NCBI GenBank assembly: GCA_021154885.1
Contig: JAJKHS010000091.1
Coordinates: 9,089-73,088 of the forward strand
From: Thermoanaerobaculum sp.
Lineage (GTDB): Bacteria > Acidobacteriota > Thermoanaerobaculia > Multivoradales > UBA5704
Reading direction: 5' to 3'
Length of the DNA stretch: 64,000 nt
In this document: positions 29,803 through 39,886 of the stretch, piece by piece
Position numbering within the stretch: position 1 is the first letter of the stretch
Layout of the letters: the number at the start of each line of letters is the position of its first letter
Position numbers and translations under genes: made by a program
The notes under the pieces: model-generated
What the model saw: the letters and a program-made list of their open reading frames with translations, nothing else
Database searches by the model: none
What the model was told of the DNA's origin: nothing

Positions 29803-30126
29803 CTAACCTTCGTCCACGAACGCCGTCCAGTCGGCGACCGCCTCCTTGAGCTGAGGGAGGGGGAGCTCGAAAGGCTCCGCATTCTCGTCGATCTCGTTGA
29901 CCAGAGAGGCCCCCTGGGAGGAAAGCGTGAGGGTGTAGGAGTTGCCGGTGGTCTCCCAGCGGTCGAGCTGGCCGGCCTCGATGCGGTCGATGGCGCGCAG
30001 GATCGCGCGCCCCTGCCTGCCGCTCCCCTGGAGGTCGCCTTCGAGGAAGCTGGCCAGCACCTCGCTCTGACCCTTGCCGCGGGCGCGGGGGTCGCCGGCG
30101 CTGTCCCAGTAGAATTCGAGCTGCAT
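29803..30126 (-). CDS. YacL (UPF0231)-like small acidic protein
   Basis: MQLEFYWD..G...A...EVLASFL..DL, G.SYTLTL, W.AF pattern resembles YacL. Confidence 0.55.
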   Translation of the reverse strand: MQLEFYWDSAGDPRARGKGQSEVLASFLEGDLQGSGRQGRAILRAIDRIEAGQLDRWETTGNSYTLTLSSQGASLVNEIDENAEPFELPLPQLKEAVADWTAFVDEG

Positions 30127-30151
30127 CGCTCCTCCCTCGCTCCTCAGTCTT

Positions 30152-30685
30152 TCAATCGCGGGTGAAGATGGGATAGGCCGTGTTGATGCGGCCGTTCTGG
30201 TAATACCCCTCGATGGTGAATCCCTGGCCGGAGGGTCCGCGGAACTTCTCCGAGCCGCCCGTGGTGCGCCCCGCGAAAGCGTGGAGAACGGCCTGGATCA
30301 CGGCGTCGCGGCTCAGGCGGTCAGGATAGAGGGTCGAGCGCTTGGGGAGCCAGTCCGAGCCGGAACGGATCTCCACCTCGGCGGTGTAGACCCCGGCGCG
30401 GTTCGGCCGGTCGACGACGCGCACCAGCCGCGCTCCCTGCGGGTCCCGCCCGCCTGGCCGGGAGTGGAAGCCCACCGGCTTGCCCCGCGAGTTGATCTCC
30501 CCCTCGAAGATGTGGGTAACGTTGACCGGCGGCGAGGTGCGGCTCCACTCCTCCGCCGGCCGCCGGCTCCGTCCCGGCTGTGAGGACCGGGACCGGGACC
30601 GCGACCACCCCTCGCCGTCTGCCAACAGCGAGACCACCAGCGCCAGCGCCACGGTCGTCCAGAGCAGCCTCGTATGTTTCAGCAT
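30152..30685 (-). CDS. Secreted bacterial EndoU ribonuclease
   Basis: Signal peptide; HIFEGE..GKPVGFH, GVY.A, KRSTLYP, INTAYP. Confidence 0.8.
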   Translation of the reverse strand: MLKHTRLLWTTVALALVVSLLADGEGWSRSRSRSSQPGRSRRPAEEWSRTSPPVNVTHIFEGEINSRGKPVGFHSRPGGRDPQGARLVRVVDRPNRAGVYTAEVEIRSGSDWLPKRSTLYPDRLSRDAVIQAVLHAFAGRTTGGSEKFRGPSGQGFTIEGYYQNGRINTAYPIFTRD

Positions 30686-30775
30686 GGGCGAACGATATCC
30701 GAAGCGTTGAGCCCTCACCACCCTCCCGGGATTCAGGTTAGTGGCCGGCGGGACGCCGGCGGTCCCAGGGGGCCT

Positions 30776-32452
30776 TCACCGCGGCGACTTGCGCCAGACC
30801 CGCCAGTCGTCGTTCAGGAAGATGGTGAGGATGAGGGCGAAGCCGCAGGCCGCCGCCAGCAGGAAGAGGAGCATGGCGAGGCCCGGATAGCCGAAGAGGC
30901 GGAACCGGGTCTGCACCTGCATCAACAACGCCGCGCCCACGATCAGGGCCGCCAGCACCAGCCCCAGGGCGATGCGGTTGGCGATCTTCTGCAGGTTGTC
31001 CATGAGGCGGGTCTCGTCGAAGGCGTCGACTTTGATCTGGATCTTGTTGCCCGCCAGATTGTCCAGCACGGAGTTCATCCGCCCCGGGAGCTGCTGGGCG
31101 AACTCCTGGAGCTCCAGCACGGAGGCGAAGACGCTGCCCGGCGAGAGCTTCTTCAACATGTGGCGGGTCATGAGGGAGTTGCTGTACTGCCTCACCGTCT
31201 GATTGGGATCGAACTCCGGATCGAGGGTGCGGGCAGCCTCGTCGAGCTGCAGCAGGGCGCGGCCCATCATGGTCAGCTCGGGCGCCGGGCGCACGCCGTT
31301 CTTGGCCGACAGCCGGGCGAGATGGATCAGGGTCTTCCCCGCCTGGATCTGGCTGCCCTGAACGTTCTGGTAGCTCCCCACCAGGTCCGCCACCTGGCGC
31401 CGGTAGCGGTCCTCGTCGTAATCCTCCAGCGTGGTGCCGATCTGCACCGTGAGCTGCGCCACCTCGTTGCCGCGCCCTTCGGTGACGGCGAGGAGGAGCT
31501 TGAGCAGCCGCTCCTGCATCACCGGTTCGAGCCGCGCCACCATGCCGAGGTCGAGGAGGGCCAGGCGGCCGTCGTCCGTCACCAGCAGGTTGCCCGGATG
31601 GGGGTCGGCGTGGAAGAAGCCGTCCACCAGGATCTGGTCGAGGTAGGCCCGGCACAGGTCCTCAGCCAGGACCCGGCCGTCGATGTCGATGCGGGCGAGG
31701 GGCGACAGGTCGGTGATCTTCGTCCCCTTCACGTACTCCATGGTCAGCACGCGCGAGGTGGTGTAGTCGTCGATGGGCCGCGGGATGACCAGGCGGTGGT
31801 ACTCCTTGAGGTTGGTGGCGAGCAGGATGAGGTTCTGGGCCTCGCGCCGGTAGTCGAGCTCCCGCAGCAGGGTCTTGCGGAACTCGTCCAGGATATCCTG
31901 GAAGGCGAAGCGCCGGCCGACGTCCGTGTGCCGGTCGACGACGCCGGCGATCTGCTCGAAGGCCTCCAGGTCCTCCAGGATCACCTTCTGGATGCCCGGG
32001 CGCTGCACCTTGACCGCCACCTGCCGGCCGTCGCGCATCCGGGCCCGGTGCACCTGCCCCAGCGAGGCTGCCGCCAGGGGCTGCGATTCGAACTCCTCGA
32101 AAGCCTTGGACAGCCGCACTCCCAGCTCGCTCGAGACGATCTCCTCCACCTCGGCGAAGGAGAAGGGCTCGACCTTGTCCTGGAGGCGGGAGAGGGCGTC
32201 GAGGTACGGCGCGGGCAGCAGGTCCGAGCGGGTCGACAGGAGCTGGCCGAGCTTGATGAAGGTGGGGCCGAGCTCCTCGAGGTCCTTGGCGAGCTTCTCC
32301 GGATCGCCCCCACTCCCCGCCTCGCCGGCCTCCTCGCCGAGCGACGCCTCGGCGTCGAGCGACTTCACCAGGTCTCCGCGCCCATGCTGCACCAGCAGCC
32401 GCGCGATGTCCTTGTAGCGTTTCAGGTGCTCCGGCCTGAGCGAGAGCGGCAT
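30776..32452 (-). CDS. ABC1/AarF/UbiB-family atypical kinase (second)
   Basis: LGPTFIKLGQ, AASLGQVHRA, VAVKVQRP, FHADPHPGN, LDLGMV; two C-terminal TMs. Confidence 0.93.
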   Translation of the reverse strand: MPLSLRPEHLKRYKDIARLLVQHGRGDLVKSLDAEASLGEEAGEAGSGGDPEKLAKDLEELGPTFIKLGQLLSTRSDLLPAPYLDALSRLQDKVEPFSFAEVEEIVSSELGVRLSKAFEEFESQPLAAASLGQVHRARMRDGRQVAVKVQRPGIQKVILEDLEAFEQIAGVVDRHTDVGRRFAFQDILDEFRKTLLRELDYRREAQNLILLATNLKEYHRLVIPRPIDDYTTSRVLTMEYVKGTKITDLSPLARIDIDGRVLAEDLCRAYLDQILVDGFFHADPHPGNLLVTDDGRLALLDLGMVARLEPVMQERLLKLLLAVTEGRGNEVAQLTVQIGTTLEDYDEDRYRRQVADLVGSYQNVQGSQIQAGKTLIHLARLSAKNGVRPAPELTMMGRALLQLDEAARTLDPEFDPNQTVRQYSNSLMTRHMLKKLSPGSVFASVLELQEFAQQLPGRMNSVLDNLAGNKIQIKVDAFDETRLMDNLQKIANRIALGLVLAALIVGAALLMQVQTRFRLFGYPGLAMLLFLLAAACGFALILTIFLNDDWRVWRKSPR

Positions 32453-32533
32453 CCCGGGTCCTCCATCGAAGGCCTCAACTGCATCGATGGCTGGGAATGC
32501 ATGGGAGATGCCAGGGCCCTCGGAACGCCCCCA

Positions 32534-32710
32534 CCCAAGACCCTCATCACCCCGGCCCTCTTCTCCCGCTCCCTCCCACCCCCCTCACCGGGAGAAGAGG
32601 GAGACCAGCAAGAGCGCTTCAACCGGGTTCCCCTCTCCCGGTGAGGGGGTTGGGAGGGGGCGGGAGAGGGGACAGGGGGGGACAGGGGTGAGGGCTTCGG
32701 GGCGGGGGCG
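32534..32710. repeat. CCCTCTCC/GGAGAGGG element, copy 2 (inverted)
   Basis: Reverse complement of copy 1 without its central insert. Confidence 0.85.
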
Positions 32711-32723
32711 TTCTGGGCCTCCC

Positions 32724-33197
32724 TCAGTCCTCCCCCACCAGCAGCCCCAGCAGATCGGACGTCGTGATGATCCCGACGGCCCGGTCCTCGCGGGTGACGA
32801 GGACGCGGTGGATGTGCCCCTTGAGCATCAGGGAGGCGATCTCGGCGACCGTGGCGTCCTCGCGCACGGAGTAGATCCTGGGGTTCATGATGTCGGCCAC
32901 GCGCAGGCCGTCATGGTCGAGCTGGAGCTCCTCCACGTCCTCCTCGTCGAGGCCGTCGTCCCAATCGGGGCCGAAGAAGCTCGAGCCCTCTTCGCCGGTG
33001 CGCGGCCCTTCGCCCGAAGCCAGGGCGGCGATGTCCACCAGCGAGACGACGCCCACCAGCCGATCCTGGGCGTCCGCCACCGGCGCGCCGCTGATCTCGT
33101 GCTCCATGAGGAAGCCGGCCAGCTCCCGCACGGTCATGTCCTCCCGGACCGTGAGGACCCCCGGGTTCATGAGGTCGCTGGCCGTGATCGGTCGCAT
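32724..33197 (-). CDS. CBS-domain pair protein
   Basis: ISGAPV...LVGVVSLVD and IHRVLV...VGIITTSD. Confidence 0.88.
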   Translation of the reverse strand: MRPITASDLMNPGVLTVREDMTVRELAGFLMEHEISGAPVADAQDRLVGVVSLVDIAALASGEGPRTGEEGSSFFGPDWDDGLDEEDVEELQLDHDGLRVADIMNPRIYSVREDATVAEIASLMLKGHIHRVLVTREDRAVGIITTSDLLGLLVGED

Positions 33198-33272
33198 CGC
33201 AAGTCCCCACTTCTTCGTCGGCGTTCCTGCCTACGATATACGAAAACTTTGCGCGCCGTCGTCACATCGTCG

Positions 33273-34547
33273 TTACAGGACTCGCAGCATGGCCTCCAGG
33301 GCATCCGGGTGGCTGGCCCGCATCCGCGCCTCGTCGTCGCCGATCACGCCGCGGTGGACGAGTTGGGCCAGCGACTCCTCCAGGGCGATCATCCCTTGGC
33401 GCTTGCCAAGGGTGATCTCGTTGTAGAGCTTCTGCAGGGCATCGCTACGGATGTGATGGCGGATCGGGTAGTTGGCGAGGAGCAGCTCGATGGCCGGCAC
33501 CCGGCCCCGGCCGTCGGCCCGCGGCACGAGCTGCTGCACCACGATGGCGTGGAGCGACAGGGCGAGCTGGTGGCGGATCTGGGACTGCTGGGCCGGCGGG
33601 AAGACGTCCACGACGCGGTGCACGGCCTGCTGGGCGTCGTTGGTGTGGAGCGTCGAGAGGACCAGATGGCCCGTCTCCGCCGCCGTCAACGCCGTCGCCA
33701 CCGTCTCCAGGTCGCGCATCTCCCCCACCAGGATGACGTCCGGGTCCTGGCGCAGCGAGGCCCGCAGCGCCTCGTGAAAGGAGCGCGCGTCCCGTCCCAC
33801 CTCGACGTGCTCGACGACCGAGCGGATGGAGCGGTGCTCGTACTCGATGGGATCTTCGATCGTGATGACGTGGCTGGTGCGGGTACGGTTGATCTCCCCC
33901 ACCATCGCCGCCAGGGTCGAGGATTTCCCCGAGCCCGTGGGGCCGCAGACGAGGATCAACCCGCGGCTCGGCTTGACCAGCTCGGCCAGCACGGGAGGCA
34001 GGTTGAGGCTCGCCAGCGTGGGGATTTCCGACGGCAGGGCGCGGACGGCCGCCGCCGGCTCGCCGCGCTGGCGGTGGAGGTTGACCCGGAAGCGCCACGC
34101 CGGGCCGCTGCCATCGTCGAGCGAGCCGCCGCGGCCGAGGCTCAGGGTGAAGTCCGTGGCGCCCCTTTCCTCCAGGTCCAGCCGCTCCTTGCCCCCCAGA
34201 TGGGAGAGGAACAGCCGTCCCACGTCGTCCCCCTCCAGGGCGGCGGACTCCTCCATGCGGCTGAGGCGGCCGTTGATGCGGAAGACGGGCGGCAGGCCGG
34301 CGATGAGCAGCAGGTCACTCGCCTTGCGATACACCAGCTCGGCGAGGAAGCGGTTGAGGGTCTCCCCCTCGTTGACCAGGGCCTGCTCCGGCCGCCGCAG
34401 GGTCAGCGGCCGCTCGGACGGCTGGCGGATGAGCTCTTCATGGGGCTCGAACACGAAGCCTGCCTCGGAGTCGGCCGCCGCCTGGGTGCCGCGGTTCAGC
34501 TCGCGGACGAGCTCGTCGAGATCGGGGTCATGGAGGTGTTCGGCCAT
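33273..34547 (-). CDS. pilT: PilT/PilU type IV pilus retraction ATPase
   Basis: ASDL, GPTGSGKS, TIEDPIE, LRQDPDVILVGEMRD, AETGHLVLSTLHT; start could be 34592. Confidence 0.88.
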   Translation of the reverse strand: MAEHLHDPDLDELVRELNRGTQAAADSEAGFVFEPHEELIRQPSERPLTLRRPEQALVNEGETLNRFLAELVYRKASDLLLIAGLPPVFRINGRLSRMEESAALEGDDVGRLFLSHLGGKERLDLEERGATDFTLSLGRGGSLDDGSGPAWRFRVNLHRQRGEPAAAVRALPSEIPTLASLNLPPVLAELVKPSRGLILVCGPTGSGKSSTLAAMVGEINRTRTSHVITIEDPIEYEHRSIRSVVEHVEVGRDARSFHEALRASLRQDPDVILVGEMRDLETVATALTAAETGHLVLSTLHTNDAQQAVHRVVDVFPPAQQSQIRHQLALSLHAIVVQQLVPRADGRGRVPAIELLLANYPIRHHIRSDALQKLYNEITLGKRQGMIALEESLAQLVHRGVIGDDEARMRASHPDALEAMLRVL

Positions 34548-34597
34548 GTCAAAGAGAGCATACGTGGGAAGAGGGGATTTCGTCGCGGGCATCTCTC

Positions 34598-34760
34598 TAG
34601 GAGCCTGCGAGGAAGAAACAAGAAGCAAGGACGTAAAGGACATCAGGGACGACAAGGACCTCAAGGACACGAAGGAGATGCAAATCTGGTATTTTATTGT
34701 CCCTGCGGTCCTTGCGGTCCTTGATATCCCTGCTTCGGCTTTTCTGCCGCGCAGACTCCT
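34598..34760. repeat. 9-nt-periodic inverted-array element, copy B
   Basis: TAGGAGCCTGCG..., (CA[A/G]GGACNN)n, spacer, (GTCC[C/T]TGNN)n, TTTCTGCCGCGCAGACTCCT. Confidence 0.75.
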
Positions 34761-34761
34761 G

Positions 34762-35772
34762 CTAAACCCTCACCATCAGCTTCCCCCTATTGCTCCCATC
34801 GAAAAACCGCAGCAGCGCCTTGGGCGCGTTCTCCAGCCCTTCGACCACGTCCTCCCGGTAGTGGAGCTTGCCCTCGGCGAGCCAGCGGGCGAGCTGGCCT
34901 TGAGCTTCGGGGAAACGCGCGGTGTAGTCCAGGACGACGAAGCCTTCCATGCGGGCGCGCTGGACGAGGAGGGCGAGGTAGTTGGCAGGCCCCTTGGGCG
35001 GCTCCGTCGCGTTGTATTGGGAGATGGCGCCGCAGATCACCACCCGCGCGTGGAAGGCAAGGTTGCGCAGGGCCGTGTCCAGGATCTCGCCGCCGACGTT
35101 GTCGAAGTAGACGTCCACCCCCTTGGGGCAGGCGCCGCGGATCTCCTCGTGAAGATCCTTCGCCGTCCTATAGTTGATGGCGGCGTCGAAGCCCAGCTCT
35201 TCGGTGAGCCAGCGGCATTTGTCATCCGTGCCAGCGATGCCCACGGCGCGGCAATCGTGGACCTTGGCGATCTGACCCACGATCGAGCCCACGGCCCCGG
35301 CGGCGCCGGAGACGAGGACGGTCTCGCCCGCTTTGAGCTGGCCCACGTCCAGCAGGCCGAAGTACGCCGTCAGCCCGGTCATCCCTAAAGGGCCGAGGGC
35401 CACGGTCGGGGCAATGCCGGGCGGGATGCGGTTCAGGTCCTTGGCCCGGGCCACGGCATAGCGCTGCCAGCCGAGGACGCTGGAGACGACGTCGCCCGGC
35501 TTGAGGTCCGGATGGCGGGACTCCACCACCTCGCCCACCGTGAGGCCGCGCATCACCTCGCCGATGCCAATGGGCGGCACGTAGCTGCGCCCCTCGTTCA
35601 TCCAGCCGCGCATGGCGGGATCGAGGGACAGGAAAAGATTGCGCACCAGCACCTGCCCCTCCCCCGGCTGCGGGATGGGCTCCTCGGTGAACTGGAAATC
35701 GCTGTCCTTCGGCAGCCCCTTGGGCCGGGCGGCGAGCCGGATCTGAAGGTTGGTTTCGGTTGGCTGCGTCAT
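34762..35772 (-). CDS. NADP-dependent oxidoreductase (CurA/prostaglandin reductase family)
   Basis: SLDPAMRG, GMTGLTAYFG, GAAGAVG, YFDNVGG, CGAISQYN. Confidence 0.92.
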   Translation of the reverse strand: MTQPTETNLQIRLAARPKGLPKDSDFQFTEEPIPQPGEGQVLVRNLFLSLDPAMRGWMNEGRSYVPPIGIGEVMRGLTVGEVVESRHPDLKPGDVVSSVLGWQRYAVARAKDLNRIPPGIAPTVALGPLGMTGLTAYFGLLDVGQLKAGETVLVSGAAGAVGSIVGQIAKVHDCRAVGIAGTDDKCRWLTEELGFDAAINYRTAKDLHEEIRGACPKGVDVYFDNVGGEILDTALRNLAFHARVVICGAISQYNATEPPKGPANYLALLVQRARMEGFVVLDYTARFPEAQGQLARWLAEGKLHYREDVVEGLENAPKALLRFFDGSNRGKLMVRV

Positions 35773-35904
35773 GGGTCTGCTCCTATTTCCCCGCTGGGCG
35801 AGTGCGAGGGAGAGAGTAGCGCGTTTCAAGAAAAAACGGAGTAAGTGGCCGGCGAGACGCCGGCGGTCCCAGGGGTCTTGCTTCTGCTGGTTTCAGACTA
35901 ACCA

Positions 35905-35970
35905 CTCCCTCTTCTCCCGGCGGTCGGGGGGGAGGCTGGGAGAAGAGGGCCGGGGTGATGAGGGCTTCGG
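35905..35970. repeat. CCCTCTCC/GGAGAGGG element, partial copy 3
   Basis: CTCCCTCTTCTCCC..GGGAGAAGAGGGCCGGGGTGATGAGGG. Confidence 0.75.
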
Positions 35971-36066
35971 AGGGCCGGCGTCCTTGATCCTGGCAAGGGC
36001 CTCTGGATCAGCCGTCACCCCAGCTCGCGCACGAGCACTCCCGCCCTGACGTGGTACCTTTCCGCC

Positions 36067-36660
36067 ATGCTCCCCGATCTCCCCCGCTGCGCCTGGGTGC
36101 GGCTCGACGATCCTCTCTACGTCGCCTATCACGACGAGGAATGGGGCGTGCCGGTGCACGACGACCGGCGGCTGTTCGAGATGCTGATCCTGGAGGGGGC
36201 GCAGGCGGGGCTGTCCTGGATCACGATCCTGCGGCGGCGGGAGGGCTACCGCAAGGCGTTCGACGGATTCGAGCCGGCGAAGATCGCCCGCTATCAGGGA
36301 GCGAAGATCGGCAAGCTGATGGCGGACACCGGGATCATCCGCAACCAGGCCAAGATCGAGGCCACGATCAAGAACGCACGGGCCTTCCTCGACGTGGTCG
36401 AGAAGACGGGGTCCTTCGACCGCTTCCTCTGGCAGTTCGTGAGCGGCGCGCCCAGGATCAATCACTGGCAGACCGGCCAGCAGATCCCCGTCGACACGGC
36501 CGAGTCCAAGGCGATGAGCAAGGAGCTCAAGCGGCGGGGGTTCGGCTTTGTGGGATCGACCATCTGCTACGCCTTCATGCAGGCGGTCGGCATGGTGGAC
36601 GACCACCTCGTGACCTGCTTCCGCCGTCAGGATAGAGCTACTTCCGCCAGGCCACGGTGA
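36067..36660 (+). CDS. tag: DNA-3-methyladenine glycosylase I
   Basis: RCAW...YHDEEWG, LEGAQAGLSW, IIRN..KI, FVGSTICYAFMQA.G...DH...C. Confidence 0.95.
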   Translation: MLPDLPRCAWVRLDDPLYVAYHDEEWGVPVHDDRRLFEMLILEGAQAGLSWITILRRREGYRKAFDGFEPAKIARYQGAKIGKLMADTGIIRNQAKIEATIKNARAFLDVVEKTGSFDRFLWQFVSGAPRINHWQTGQQIPVDTAESKAMSKELKRRGFGFVGSTICYAFMQAVGMVDDHLVTCFRRQDRATSARPR

Positions 36661-38032
36661 GGACGGTCCTGCCGTCCTTCTGAGCGCCCCGGACGAGGAC
36701 GACCCGGCCGCCGCCGGGCAGCTCGTGCGCCGTGAGGACGCGCTCGCGCGTGGGGCCGGGGGCCTCGGCCGGCCGCCCCTCGCCGGCATCCCGCGCGTCG
36801 GGCTTGGGCGCGCCGGGGACCGAGGCCACCCAGGCCGGCCGGCCAGCCAGCGGGCGCGAGCCCTTCGGGTCCCCTGCATAGAGCAGGAGGCGGTCGCCGG
36901 CGAGGACGAGGAGGTCCGGAATCCCGTCCCCCGTCAGGTCCGGTCCATAGAGCCAGTCCGTGGCCTGGTCCCCCAGCTTCCAGTGCCTGGGTCTGGAATC
37001 GAAATGGCCGCCGCCGGTCCCGTGATAGGCGGTGACCAGCAGCTCCTTGCCCTGCAGCCCGCCGGGATGCACGATCACGAGGTCCTGATGACCGTCGCCG
37101 TCGGCATCGGCGGACGCGGCGTCCAAGGGGAACCAGAGCGGGCAGTCGGTCTCGACAGCCAGGGTGGGAGCGCTCCCCTTGCGCGAGCGGTCGCGGCCGA
37201 GCACGTAGAGGCGGAAACGCTTCTTGGCGAAGACGCCGATCTTGTCGAAGCTCGTGGCCGCCAGCACCGGGACGCCGTCGATCCGCAGGTAGCGCCGGTC
37301 GTACATCAGCCGCTCCTCGCCCGGCAGCAGCGACCAGGCCTCCTGCTGGGCCGTGCCGTCGAGAGGGATCAGGAGCGTCTCGATCCGCCGCCGGCCGGCC
37401 ACCTGCGGACCCGCGGCGAAAAGGGGCGGATCGCCGGGCAGCAGGGTCACCGGCGGGCTGCTGAGGCGCAGGCCCCAGCGCTGCCGCTCGGCCTTCACCG
37501 GCAGCGGGTAGACGCCGTGATGCTGAAGAGCGCCGCCGGAGCCGCCGGGACCACGCTCGAACAGCTCCAGCAGGCCGGTGTGGGCGGCGGGGAGCCACGG
37601 CCGGCCCGCCGTGACTCCGGCCACGGAGCGCAGGTCCACGTTCGACTCGTTCAGCACCTTGCGCGATCCTCCCCCGCCGGCCGGAGCGAAGACCACGCCC
37701 GGCATACCGGCGAGGGGACTCGCCACGCCGTTGCCCGCGAGGTCGAAGGCGGCCACGACGTTGGTCTCCTCGTGCAGGTTGTCGATCCAGCGCTGGAGCG
37801 ATCGGCGCTCCGGATCGAAGAAGAGCAGGCTCTTGGCGCCCTTGCCGTCCCGTCCCGCGGCCAGCAGCAGGGCCACCCCGGGGCGGCCGCTCGGGCCGGT
37901 GACGCCGGCGGCGGAGACCAGGGTACCCGGGAGGGAGAGGGTGAAGGTCTGGGCGGAGGCGGGGAGGGGGAGGAGCGCAGAAAGGAAGAGCAGCACGCTG
38001 CCCACGCGTCGCCCCCACCCCGAAGCCCTCAC
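36638..38032 (-). CDS. Secreted FG-GAP/VCBS-repeat-like protein (start uncertain: 38005, 38032 or 38179)
   Basis: Signal LLFLSALLPLPASA-Q; DADGDGHQDL and DLTGDGIPDL repeats. Confidence 0.7.
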   Translation of the reverse strand: MRASGWGRRVGSVLLFLSALLPLPASAQTFTLSLPGTLVSAAGVTGPSGRPGVALLLAAGRDGKGAKSLLFFDPERRSLQRWIDNLHEETNVVAAFDLAGNGVASPLAGMPGVVFAPAGGGGSRKVLNESNVDLRSVAGVTAGRPWLPAAHTGLLELFERGPGGSGGALQHHGVYPLPVKAERQRWGLRLSSPPVTLLPGDPPLFAAGPQVAGRRRIETLLIPLDGTAQQEAWSLLPGEERLMYDRRYLRIDGVPVLAATSFDKIGVFAKKRFRLYVLGRDRSRKGSAPTLAVETDCPLWFPLDAASADADGDGHQDLVIVHPGGLQGKELLVTAYHGTGGGHFDSRPRHWKLGDQATDWLYGPDLTGDGIPDLLVLAGDRLLLYAGDPKGSRPLAGRPAWVASVPGAPKPDARDAGEGRPAEAPGPTRERVLTAHELPGGGRVVLVRGAQKDGRTVLTVAWRK

Positions 38033-38174
38033 CCCCTGCCCCCTCTCCCGCCCCCTCCCAACCCCCCTCACCGGGAGAGGGGGTCCCGGCTGAGGCGTTC
38101 CTGCCTTTCTCCCTCTTCTCCCGGGGAGGGGGGTGTGAGGGGGCGGGAGAAGAGGGCCGGGGTGATGAGGGTCT
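38011..38174. repeat. CCCTCTCC/GGAGAGGG element, copy 4
   Basis: Same arms as copy 1; lies at the junction of two co-oriented genes. Confidence 0.85.
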
Positions 38175-38175
38175 C

Positions 38176-39840
38176 TCACTTCGCCCCCCCGCTCAAATAG
38201 AGGTCCAGCCGCACCGGCGGCGCGAACCCCTCCTCGGCCGCGCGCTTGGGCTGGATGACCATGAGGTCCGAGCGGCCGTCGCCGTCCAGGTCGCGGATCT
38301 GCACCAGCGACAGGTCGCGGGGCTCCTCTTTGAGGTCGAAGGCCATGTCCGGCGCGGCCGGGAAGGAGCAGTCGGCCCGGCCGCGGTGGATCGTCACCCG
38401 TTTGCCGCGGCCGAGCTGGACGAAGTCGGCCTTGCCGTCGCCGTCGAAGTCGCCGGAGAAAAGGGAGAGCTGGCTGATCCGCAGGTCGTTGAGGTCGACC
38501 CGGAAGGAGCCCGAGAGGTCGAGCCCCTTGACCGGTCGGAAGGCGCCGTCCTTCTGCTGACACCAGACGTGGAAGTCGAGCCCCACGGTCAGCCGCTTGG
38601 TGGCGAGGCTCCCCAGGACCTTCGCGACTCCCACGTCCATGGTGATGGTGACGAGGTCCGGCCGGCCGTCGCCGTTGACGTCCTTGAAGCCGCCCGGCAA
38701 TTCGATCTCGCTCTCCTGGGACTCGAAGCCGTGGCCGGTGACGTCGAAGGTGCGGTACGGGGCCTTCTCCAGCGCGAGGTCGCGGGAGAGGCGGTGGAAG
38801 GTGAGCCGGCTGTGAGGATCCCGGACCTTCTCGATCTCCTGGCGAATGGAGCCGCGCCTGGAATCGTCCAAGCTCTGGCGGAACACCACCTCGGCGAGGC
38901 CGTTCCCCTCCAGATCGCCCACCCAGACGGGGTTGGGCCCCTTGGGATCGCCCGTGCCCAGGACCACCTCGACGGCCGGCAGGAACTTCCCCTCCCCCGC
39001 GTTGCGGGCCACCCAGACGGAGCGCCAGCGCTTCACCGGATCGCGGAAGACGAGGTCCGGCCGGCCGTCGCCGTCGACGTCCTCGATCTTCGGCAGCGGA
39101 TAGCGGTGCTCCAGGTCCGCGGCCGAGCGCCAGGCCTCGCCCGGCACCGGCACGCGGGAGGCGGCCCGCCGGGCCAGGGCGCGGTCCTTGCGGCGGCCGA
39201 GGTAGACGGCGAGACCGTCGCGCGCCGGCAGCAGCAGGTCGGGGATGCCGTCGCCGTCGACGTCCTCGATCAGCTTGAGGTCGCCCAGGAAGTTGCCGGT
39301 GTGCGCCATCACCGGCGGATCGGCGATCCAGGGCTCGAGGCGCAGGGCGCCCCCTTCGTCCAGACGCAGGGCGCTCACCCCCTCGTCGGTCAAGGCGACG
39401 ACGGGCGTCCCCGGCGGCCCGGCCTCCATCCCCAGCACCGAGAGAGGGAGGGGGAGGACGCGGGCCGGCTCGTAGGAGCCGTCCGGCCGGGCGCGGTAGA
39501 GCCGCACCTCGCGGCGGTCGATCACCGCCGGCACGATCGTCATCACCTCCACCAGGCCCTTGACGTCGTCCATGGTGCTGCTCTCGGTGACGGCCACCTC
39601 GTCCCACTGGTTGTAGGCCACCACCACCACGAGGTCGCGATGACCGTCGCCGTCGACGTCGGCGGAGATCACCGCGGCCGGCGCTCCGGGAAGGTCCAGG
39701 CTCAGGGTCCGCAGGGTCGAAAGCGAGGGCCGGCCGGCGCCGAGGGGCACCGGCACGGCGCTGAGGAGGAGGGCCGCCAGCAGGAGGACCGGAAGGGAGG
39801 GGCGGCGGCCTCGGCTCCCGGGGGTATCGTTCAGCTCCAC
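38176..39840 (-). CDS. Secreted FG-GAP/VCBS-repeat protein
   Basis: Signal peptide; about 7 DxDGDGxxDL calcium-binding repeats. Confidence 0.85.
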   Translation of the reverse strand: MELNDTPGSRGRRPSLPVLLLAALLLSAVPVPLGAGRPSLSTLRTLSLDLPGAPAAVISADVDGDGHRDLVVVVAYNQWDEVAVTESSTMDDVKGLVEVMTIVPAVIDRREVRLYRARPDGSYEPARVLPLPLSVLGMEAGPPGTPVVALTDEGVSALRLDEGGALRLEPWIADPPVMAHTGNFLGDLKLIEDVDGDGIPDLLLPARDGLAVYLGRRKDRALARRAASRVPVPGEAWRSAADLEHRYPLPKIEDVDGDGRPDLVFRDPVKRWRSVWVARNAGEGKFLPAVEVVLGTGDPKGPNPVWVGDLEGNGLAEVVFRQSLDDSRRGSIRQEIEKVRDPHSRLTFHRLSRDLALEKAPYRTFDVTGHGFESQESEIELPGGFKDVNGDGRPDLVTITMDVGVAKVLGSLATKRLTVGLDFHVWCQQKDGAFRPVKGLDLSGSFRVDLNDLRISQLSLFSGDFDGDGKADFVQLGRGKRVTIHRGRADCSFPAAPDMAFDLKEEPRDLSLVQIRDLDGDGRSDLMVIQPKRAAEEGFAPPVRLDLYLSGGAK

Positions 39841-39886
39841 GTCCTAAGAGTAACCGGAGGCGGAGCCCTTCGTTGCTTCAGCGGGG

